This document shows positions 35,599 to 41,717 of a stretch of 41,717 nt of DNA, piece by piece (the stretch's first letter is position 1; each line of letters opens with the position of its first letter). This DNA comes from a virus (taxonomy: Duplodnaviria; Caudoviricetes): positions 1 through 41,717 of IMG/VR virus record IMGVR_UViG_3300001866_000020, one strand, 5' to 3'. The notes beneath the pieces are model-generated. The model was not told where the DNA came from. It ran no database searches and worked only from the letters and a program-made list of their open reading frames with translations. The position numbers and the translations under genes are program-made.

Positions 35599-35889
35599 GA
35601 AGGCCTCGATCTCGCCATCTTTCAGACCCGGGAAGACGTCGTTGGTCCAAAGGTCCACGCGAGCTTCCTTCTGGTCCTCGTATAACTTGATCTTTTTAAC
35701 CAGGGCGTCATCCATCTCAAGGTAAAAGACCCCGTCTTTTTTAACGACAGAGATCTTGGCATCACCCTGTTTTGCCCCAGCAGGAAGGATCACAAAATCG
35801 TAGTATGGTTCACTGTTGGCGAACCGTATGAAAAACTCGCCGGGGCTCTTGATTGCACCAGTCTCTCCTCCAGATATTTCAACGAGCAT
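35590..35889 (-). CDS. Candidate immunity / antitoxin protein (DUF2283-like pattern)
   Basis: Small acidic ORF overlapping the MuF stop, GGTGA RBS. Confidence 0.55.
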   Translation of the reverse strand: MLVEISGGETGAIKSPGEFFIRFANSEPYYDFVILPAGAKQGDAKISVVKKDGVFYLEMDDALVKKIKLYEDQKEARVDLWTNDVFPGLKDGEIEAFLF

Positions 35890-37210
35890 GTCTTTCACCA
35901 TCCTTAACGATCTTGTCCCAATCGTTCTGCCGTATCCGGAACGCGGTAATTATTTTCCCGGGATATCGGTTGCTGAGAATCACGTTCAGTTTTCGACCGT
36001 CCGGCGATTCCCAGAGCACTTTGAGTTTTTCCCCACCCATATCCGAATGTTTGTATAATATTCCCTCTTCTTTTGCTTTAATCACTTCGGCCATCGTGAA
36101 TGGAGGTTCCCCGGTTCTTTTCGATACATTCCCCAGGATATGCCGCTGGTAAATATGTGCTGCAGTATTCTCTGATACACCTTCTTTCCGGTTCTGAATA
36201 AACGTGAAGTTCTTCTCGATCGTATGGATCGTATCTTCAACCATGTCATCGTGCGACAATCCCATCTGGTGAGCGAGGATGTGCCAGTCGTTGTTGTCCA
36301 TCCTATCTTTCAGTTGCGGGGCCAGGGCTCGGAGCTGCCCGCGGTTCTGCGGGCCTTCCTGGACAATGAGGGGCATGTTGCGATCCAGTTTCCAGTCATC
36401 GAAGGTTTGCCGGGACCAGTCCGCACGCTGCTGGGCATATTCTGCAGGTGGAGAGTCCAGTTTCGGATCCCCAAACCAGGCTTTCGGCCGGCACCTGCAG
36501 CGATGTTCCCGCATTACCTCGCGGGCCATCTCCTCCTGTGGTGTGCCCACGATGAAGATATGGCCATGCAAGGCCAGGTGACGGGGCCGGGTCCGTTCGT
36601 CAGCAACAGACAGATAGACCCATCCGGGATACCCCGCTTTTTCATATCTTGCGAAGTGTCCCTCGACATATGCAGACTTTTGGGTAGTCCGTGAAAGGGT
36701 TTCGGCGTATGTTTTCGTTGAGAGGGTAATCGGCTGGGTGATCGTCTTCTTCTCCCAGGTCATCGTGCCGTCAGGGTTGACGTGAACAACCTTTCGGACC
36801 TGTCCAACGCTGTTGAAGGTAACGGATTTCCCCCACCCCGTGTTGAGTTTCTCGACCAGCCCGTCCTTGACATGATCGTACGCGTACCCGTTCCGGATCC
36901 CCTCTTTGATCACACCGGTCAAGACCCCGGAATCTTGGCCGAACACACGGTCCAGGTGCGAACCGATCCGGGTGATGACCGGATCCAGACCGTCCATCCC
37001 CAGCGGCTTCTTCTCCCCGGTTTCCTTCGCGGCGACGTTTGCACCGATTTGGAACGCGACGCCCATCTGCAGCGAAAGCGCTTGAATCAGATTGTTCTTC
37101 GCCTCGTCGGTCCTGTGTTCGATGTACTGGAGAAGTGCTGCCAGGATTGACTCTTCGTGCGAGGTGAGAAGATCTTCGGTTTCAGAGGCCGAGGTGATGG
37201 ACAATATCAT
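35879..37210 (-). CDS. MuF (SPP1 gp7-like) minor head protein with a C-terminal RNase-toxin-like extension
   Basis: YLSVADERTRPRHLALHG and CRC MuF motifs; C-terminal HIYQRH...GRKLNVIL...IITAF. Confidence 0.82.
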   Translation of the reverse strand: MILSITSASETEDLLTSHEESILAALLQYIEHRTDEAKNNLIQALSLQMGVAFQIGANVAAKETGEKKPLGMDGLDPVITRIGSHLDRVFGQDSGVLTGVIKEGIRNGYAYDHVKDGLVEKLNTGWGKSVTFNSVGQVRKVVHVNPDGTMTWEKKTITQPITLSTKTYAETLSRTTQKSAYVEGHFARYEKAGYPGWVYLSVADERTRPRHLALHGHIFIVGTPQEEMAREVMREHRCRCRPKAWFGDPKLDSPPAEYAQQRADWSRQTFDDWKLDRNMPLIVQEGPQNRGQLRALAPQLKDRMDNNDWHILAHQMGLSHDDMVEDTIHTIEKNFTFIQNRKEGVSENTAAHIYQRHILGNVSKRTGEPPFTMAEVIKAKEEGILYKHSDMGGEKLKVLWESPDGRKLNVILSNRYPGKIITAFRIRQNDWDKIVKDGERHAR

Positions 37211-38747
37211 CCTTGTAGCTCTCAATCTCGTCTTTGATCAGTTCTCGGCTGGTTTTCGTCGGCGACTTAATCGCGGCGGGAACCTGCGAGGCGGCCATCT
37301 GTGCATGTTGAGCAGGGCCTCGCTGGGGGAGAAGTCCGGCAGGATCTCGCAACCCGGCGCCGCCACCGATTCCAAATGGATCATTCGCTGAAGAAGCCGA
37401 GGACCTCGCGACCTCGAGGATCTCAACGGCTTCTTCATCGCTGGGGACCGGGTACCCGATATCCTCGAAATATTTCACGATTGCAGCTTTATGGACAAGT
37501 CCTCGGACGATGAGCGGCGCAACAACGTTCGCGCGGGCGATCCCGTCATCCGGTGTTAAATCCTCGAATTCCCATTCGGGCGGTTCGCCTTTTGCTGCAG
37601 GCAGGACAAGGGATACCCATTCCGCGATGATGGGCCGGATCGCGTTCAGGAAAATCTTGCGCTCCGGCTGGAGTTCAACTTCGAAAAATTTGAACTGGAC
37701 CTCCGCGGTAGATCGGTTGGCGCCGGTCGAATCGCTCTTCGAATCGAAGGTTCCCATGCCGGCATTGTACTGGTCGTCGATGTGTTCCTGGGCACGGATC
37801 ACGCCAACGGGATTGCCGGCAACCTCGAGGATTTTTGAGGACCAGCCCTCCGGCAGGAACAGTTGTTTTCCGGTCTGCCAGAGTTTCTTGGCCTCCTCTT
37901 TCATGGCATCCAGTTGGGGATGATCCCACCATGTTTTCGGGACCGTATACTCCGGCTTCGGGTCACAGAACCGTTTGGCCATCTTGGCCTGGACCCCCTC
38001 AAGGCCGATCTTATTCTGGATCGTCCGATAGTTCGACCGCAGCAGGCTCATACCTTCGGGTGCCCTACGTCCCGGATAACGGGGAATGTAGATAATCTCC
38101 TCTGGTTGGAAAAACACGGGTTTCGACCCATAAACCCGGTTCCAGTTCTGGACATACCCGATAATTTTGCTGCCGGTGCCTGGCGTGAGGGTGTCGGCAT
38201 AGATGCGATCTGATGGAGCCGCGGACCGCTTCAGGAACGATTTAAGCTGTGCAACTTCGCCGGGCGAGTCCCAGAAGACCTTCATGGTCCAGGGGTCAAC
38301 GGGTTTCAGTCGCTCCAGACCAATGATTGTGATCCCGTTCAATCTTCGGACCGGTTCAAAAAAGACCCGACCATACCCGATCCAATGAATCGCGCCCTGG
38401 ATAAGATCGCTTTGGAATGTCGACTGGTCCGCGATCCTGTTCATCTCCCTCGCAATTTCCTTGTCGCGATGGGTGAACCGACCGACCATCATGTTCTTGG
38501 CCTGCGTGAGAACCGCTGCAGCGATCACACCCTCGGTAATTGCCCAGGAACACCATTCGTCCCACCCGCCCGGCGGCGACCAGTTTCGATCGTATATTTC
38601 GTCGGTGGAATGAGGGGACACCCCGGCGCCGGAATAGAGGCTGGGATCGGACGACAGTTGCGTTACGTGCCCGGGAACGCCATGGGGGATAAAGACCCGA
38701 TCCCCGCCGCGGGCTGTAATCATATTGATGAGCGATCGTATTCCCAT
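37182..38747 (-). CDS. Portal protein
   Basis: 521 aa after TerL; YGRVFFE, FQPEEIIYI, GMSLL, ANRSTAEVQ. Confidence 0.88.
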   Translation of the reverse strand: MGIRSLINMITARGGDRVFIPHGVPGHVTQLSSDPSLYSGAGVSPHSTDEIYDRNWSPPGGWDEWCSWAITEGVIAAAVLTQAKNMMVGRFTHRDKEIAREMNRIADQSTFQSDLIQGAIHWIGYGRVFFEPVRRLNGITIIGLERLKPVDPWTMKVFWDSPGEVAQLKSFLKRSAAPSDRIYADTLTPGTGSKIIGYVQNWNRVYGSKPVFFQPEEIIYIPRYPGRRAPEGMSLLRSNYRTIQNKIGLEGVQAKMAKRFCDPKPEYTVPKTWWDHPQLDAMKEEAKKLWQTGKQLFLPEGWSSKILEVAGNPVGVIRAQEHIDDQYNAGMGTFDSKSDSTGANRSTAEVQFKFFEVELQPERKIFLNAIRPIIAEWVSLVLPAAKGEPPEWEFEDLTPDDGIARANVVAPLIVRGLVHKAAIVKYFEDIGYPVPSDEEAVEILEVARSSASSANDPFGIGGGAGLRDPAGLLPQRGPAQHAQMAASQVPAAIKSPTKTSRELIKDEIESYKDDIVHHLGL

Positions 38748-38771
38748 GCACCACGGGTCGGGGAAAAACGC

Positions 38772-38903
38772 CTATAAAGAAAAGTCAGAGCAGTCGCAAC
38801 TCTTTTTTCGCGGGACCTGCTCGTCCTCTTCAGACTGACGTTTCGGCGGGCCTTGCGATGCACGGGGAGGAATCATGTCGACGGTCTTTTTCTTCGGGTC
38901 CAT
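38772..38903 (-). CDS. 43-aa hypothetical late microprotein (absent from the ORF track)
   Basis: MDPKKKTVDMIPPRASQGPPKRQSEEDEQVPRKKSCDCSDFSL; GGAGG and a late motif upstream. Confidence 0.55.
   Translation of the reverse strand: MDPKKKTVDMIPPRASQGPPKRQSEEDEQVPRKKSCDCSDFSL
38774..38787 (-). promoter_or_regulatory. Late-promoter motif TGACTTTTCTTTAT
   Basis: 39 nt upstream of ATG 38747. Confidence 0.8.
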
Positions 38904-38928
38904 GCACACCGGTCCTCCAACGTGTTAT

Positions 38929-38942
38929 ATCAAAAGGAGTCA
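38929..38942 (-). promoter_or_regulatory. Late-promoter motif (variant) TGACTCCTTTTGAT
   Basis: 38 nt upstream of ATG 38903; its TGA is the TerL stop. Confidence 0.6.
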
Positions 38943-40379
38943 CCCGCAGGACCACGCTTTCGGCACTGACCCGAGGTCCTGCATCACCTCGTATGCTTGG
39001 CTCGCGACATCGACACAGTCATCATTTGGAGCGTTCGGGAACGCCACGAGCTCCTCCTCATAGATATCGATCTCCTCGCTCTTATGCATCGGATGGTAGA
39101 CCATGCTGGTCTTGTAACGTGCGGCCATGGGAAGGGCTCGTTGCATCTTGTCCCGGGTTCCGGGATCATAGTCAACGACCGGCAGACCCATCCGCTCAAG
39201 GGTCTGGAAAAGGGTCAGGCCCATGGCCTTGATCTCAACGCTCTGCAGGGCTGGTCGCCAGCGTCGGTATCCATTCTGGAACAGGTCCGGCTGGTCGGGG
39301 CCCTCCAGCCGCTCGCGGATGATATCCAGGAGCAACAGTTCCTTGTTTGGTGTCTGGGCCCACGTCGCGAGGACGAAGTAGTCCGCGGTGCTCTTGGCGC
39401 TGCCGGCCGGATCGCAGGTCTGGAATATCGTGCAGACGCTCGTGTGGACCTGGCGATCGCCATTATCATGATGGAGGATGTAAAACTCCCCATCTGCCGA
39501 CCTCTCCCAGTACCGGAAGAACTGGCGTTTGAACTTCCCGCCCTCCGGATCGCCTGGTGTCTGCATATAGAGACAGTTCCACCAGTATGCGTGCACGGCC
39601 TTCTTGGTCTTGAGCAGTTCCTCCAGGGAGAATCGTTCCGGCCAGAGCGCTTCCCCGGGAGCACGGCCGAGCGGATCCGCATCACCCGCGATCGCGGGCA
39701 GGTTGAGGACCTCCCAGGTTTCCCCGTCGGCCTGCTCCATCTCAGCGATGAGATGGCCGGCAAGATCTCCCTTGTGCCACCGGGTCTGGATCAGGATGAT
39801 GGCGCCCCCAGGGGCTAGCCGAGTACGGAGGACAGACTGATACCAGTTGATGACCTTCTTTCGCTGTGCGGGTGAGTGCGAATCTTCCTCGCCCTTGAAA
39901 GGATCGTCGATGATTGCGACGTGGGCACCGCGGCCGGTAAGAGGTCCCCCGGCGCCCACTGCCTTGAGTCCCCCGCGGTGCTTGTTGATGCCCCAGCGAT
40001 TGATGGCCTTTGAATCGGTCGAAAGCGAGATCCCGAAGAGATCCTCACCGAACTCCCGCAGGACATCGCGGGCGATCCGGGAGAAGTCCTCTGCGATCTC
40101 TGCAGCGTAAGACGTCAGGATGATCTCATGGTCAGGATGTTTCCCTAGATACCATGCCGGGAAATGCTTCGAGGTCACCTCGCTCTTGCCATGCCGGGGC
40201 GGCATCGTGATGATGAGCCGTTTGATCTCGCCGCGCTCAACTGCTTCGAGCTTTCTGCAGAGCAGGTCCAGGTGCTTGGCCCGCTTCCATTGACCCCGGC
40301 TTGTGTACTCCAGGAAGTACGCGAGATCGATGTTGGCGAGGAGTTTACGCTCCCACGCGGGATCGTAAGAGTTCGGCAA
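38940..40379 (-). CDS. terL: Terminase large subunit
   Basis: MPPRHGKS, IIDDP, QTRWH ATPase motifs; CDPA and DDCVD nuclease motifs. Confidence 0.96.
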   Translation of the reverse strand: MPNSYDPAWERKLLANIDLAYFLEYTSRGQWKRAKHLDLLCRKLEAVERGEIKRLIITMPPRHGKSEVTSKHFPAWYLGKHPDHEIILTSYAAEIAEDFSRIARDVLREFGEDLFGISLSTDSKAINRWGINKHRGGLKAVGAGGPLTGRGAHVAIIDDPFKGEEDSHSPAQRKKVINWYQSVLRTRLAPGGAIILIQTRWHKGDLAGHLIAEMEQADGETWEVLNLPAIAGDADPLGRAPGEALWPERFSLEELLKTKKAVHAYWWNCLYMQTPGDPEGGKFKRQFFRYWERSADGEFYILHHDNGDRQVHTSVCTIFQTCDPAGSAKSTADYFVLATWAQTPNKELLLLDIIRERLEGPDQPDLFQNGYRRWRPALQSVEIKAMGLTLFQTLERMGLPVVDYDPGTRDKMQRALPMAARYKTSMVYHPMHKSEEIDIYEEELVAFPNAPNDDCVDVASQAYEVMQDLGSVPKAWSCG

Positions 40380-40878
40380 GGCGACGCTGGCACTCAGGGC
40401 ACATCACCCCCAGGACCGCGGTCTTGAACTCGTTGAACTGGTTTTCCACGACGGTGATGTTGATAGTCGGCTGACTCGGCAGGTCTCCCAGAAGCTTAGC
40501 TTGGAGCTCAAGTTGCTTCTCGATCCTCTGGATGGCTGCCAGGGCAAGACCGGGATTGCCCTGCACACCCTTCTCTGCGTCACCCTTCGCCACCTTGAGG
40601 ATGTCCAGCGTGTCCTTGTTGATATCCCGCAGCTGCTGCAGCGTATCGAGCCGCTCCTGGACCGCGGCTGCCACGACCTCGGTCCGTGCCTGCACCTTTT
40701 GGATCACGATATCGGGCTTGTTGAAATACCGCTGCACGCTTTGATGATTGATGGTCTGCCCGGATTCTTCCGACAGGATCTTCGCGATATCCCGGACCGA
40801 GTAGACCGGTTCGGTGCTGCTGCGGAGGGTGTTCGCCCGGGCTTCAAGGCCAAGTTTCACGATCAGGTTGGTCGCCAT
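40345..40878 (-). CDS. Terminase small subunit (probable)
   Basis: N-terminal HTH (SVRDIAKIL...SVQRY), helical, ELQAKLLG; immediately upstream of terL. Confidence 0.75.
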   Translation of the reverse strand: MATNLIVKLGLEARANTLRSSTEPVYSVRDIAKILSEESGQTINHQSVQRYFNKPDIVIQKVQARTEVVAAAVQERLDTLQQLRDINKDTLDILKVAKGDAEKGVQGNPGLALAAIQRIEKQLELQAKLLGDLPSQPTINITVVENQFNEFKTAVLGVMCPECQRRLAELLRSRVGA

Positions 40879-40919
40879 TTTCGCTGTACCGCTTGTACCG
40901 AATCTTCCGGTACAGTTTG

Positions 40920-40933
40920 ATAAAGCGAGGTCG
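40920..40933 (-). promoter_or_regulatory. Late-promoter motif CGACCTCGCTTTAT
   Basis: Heads the late arm; 54 nt upstream of ATG 40878 (longer leader). Confidence 0.6.
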
Positions 40934-41242
40934 GGTTCCCTGGCTTCGGTTGCTTGGTACAGATTCGAATAAAAAAACAACTATATTTTTGCTGGAATCG
41001 GGAGAAGACCTTTTTCCGGAGACCGTGTTTTTATGAAATGTTAAAAATTATTACTGGACGATTGTATAAAATGCTGGCGGATTTTGTCATAATTGTGACT
41101 AGTTAACAGCTAACACAACCATTTTTCATTTTACGCGCACAAGAACGAAAAGTACAATAGTACTGGAAAAGTTTGTAGCCCAAATGGTTGTGTTGGCTGT
41201 TCATCAATTTCATAATTATAAAAAAGGAAAATGAAATAAAGA

Positions 41243-41491
41243 CTAATCTTGATTATTACCCGGATAAAAAATTTTGATATCTTTCGGGCCGCCGCGTTTG
41301 AACATCTCATCTTCTGCAATGGATCGCCACTCATCTAGGTAATTCTGGCTGCCATGCAATTTTGCGGTGACGGAAACTGGGACAAATTTTGAAGATTTTA
41401 TGATAAGCTTTCCCATGCGATCCCGAAGCTCCTCGGCCTCTGCGGCCATCTCCCTCCACTCGGTTTCGGTTGCGACTTCCTTCTTGACCAT
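41243..41491 (-). CDS. Small hypothetical protein next to attR
   Basis: ATG 41491 with TTATAA about 25-30 nt upstream. Confidence 0.6.
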   Translation of the reverse strand: MVKKEVATETEWREMAAEAEELRDRMGKLIIKSSKFVPVSVTAKLHGSQNYLDEWRSIAEDEMFKRGGPKDIKIFYPGNNQD

Positions 41492-41616
41492 GATGGAATA
41501 CAAATATCCGCAAGATTATAACCATAACGATCAACATTACAGTGACGAGTATCGGCCGTGAATAAAAATCGAATATTATACGAAAACTCGAAAAATGCAA
41601 GGTATGCTTGGTGATA

Positions 41617-41623
41617 ATAGATG
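41617..41623 (+). repeat. Candidate attR core ATAGATG
   Basis: Matches 95-101; includes the ATG of the flanking host gene. Confidence 0.6.
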
Positions 41624-41717
41624 AAAAAGGTCGTCCTGCTGGTTATAGGACTGCTTCTTCTTTTGCCCTATGTTTCCGGGTACCAGGTAAATATCGACGC
41701 GCCGGAGACCCTTACGG
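41621..41717 (+). CDS. Host gene, 5' fragment of a secreted protein (MKKVVLLVIGLLLLLPYVSG-YQVNIDAPETL...)
   Basis: Signal peptide pattern; open to the window end. Confidence 0.75.
   Translation, partial: MKKVVLLVIGLLLLLPYVSGYQVNIDAPETLT

Larger units (their letters stand above)
95..41623. mobile_element. Integrated temperate archaeal tailed virus (contractile tail), apparently complete
   Basis: Integrase at the left end, a full head/neck/sheath/baseplate gene set, an ATAGATG direct repeat at 95-101 and 41617-41623, and host-like genes running outward on both sides. Confidence 0.92.

Noticed and set aside
41620-41633. CGACCTTTTTCATC on the - strand resembling the late motif
   Set aside because: It lies in the host signal-peptide codons, lacks the TTTAT box and has no ATG at the expected distance
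1-41717. CRISPR mini-array or tRNA gene
   Set aside because: No regularly spaced repeats or cloverleaf seen by eye; the 12 GAC motifs are dispersed and tied to gene starts. tRNAscan/CRISPR tools were not run

Overview
The window is an apparently complete ~41.5 kb temperate head-and-contractile-tail (myovirus-type Caudoviricetes) provirus with about 100 bp of host DNA on each side. The host is an archaeon, probably a Methanomicrobiales-type methanogen (TATA-box promoters, GGTGA/GAGGTG ribosome-binding sites, protein styles; the taxon is inference). The + strand arm (165-17260) holds a tyrosine integrase, an RHH-based switch, a Bet/RecT annealase, an SF3 helicase, a radical SAM enzyme and many translationally coupled Cys-rich microproteins. 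The - strand arm (40878-17471) holds TerS, TerL, portal, MuF, protease/scaffold, capsid, neck, sheath, tube, chaperones, tape measure, baseplate, PAAR and fibre genes. The most striking unexplained signal is a 12-copy minus-strand motif (YGAC + 8 mostly pyrimidine nt + AT/TT) at a nearly fixed 35-39 nt upstream of late-gene start codons. One copy lies inside the protease gene, in front of an in-frame scaffold ATG. This looks like a virus-specific late promoter class, and an early protein with three Myb/SANT-like repeats plus a KOW-like domain is a candidate cognate factor. Also seen: a MuF toxin-immunity pair, a dif-like attP, a pseudoknotted non-coding element and a G/GT -1 frameshift. All family calls come from motif recognition by eye; no database was searched.
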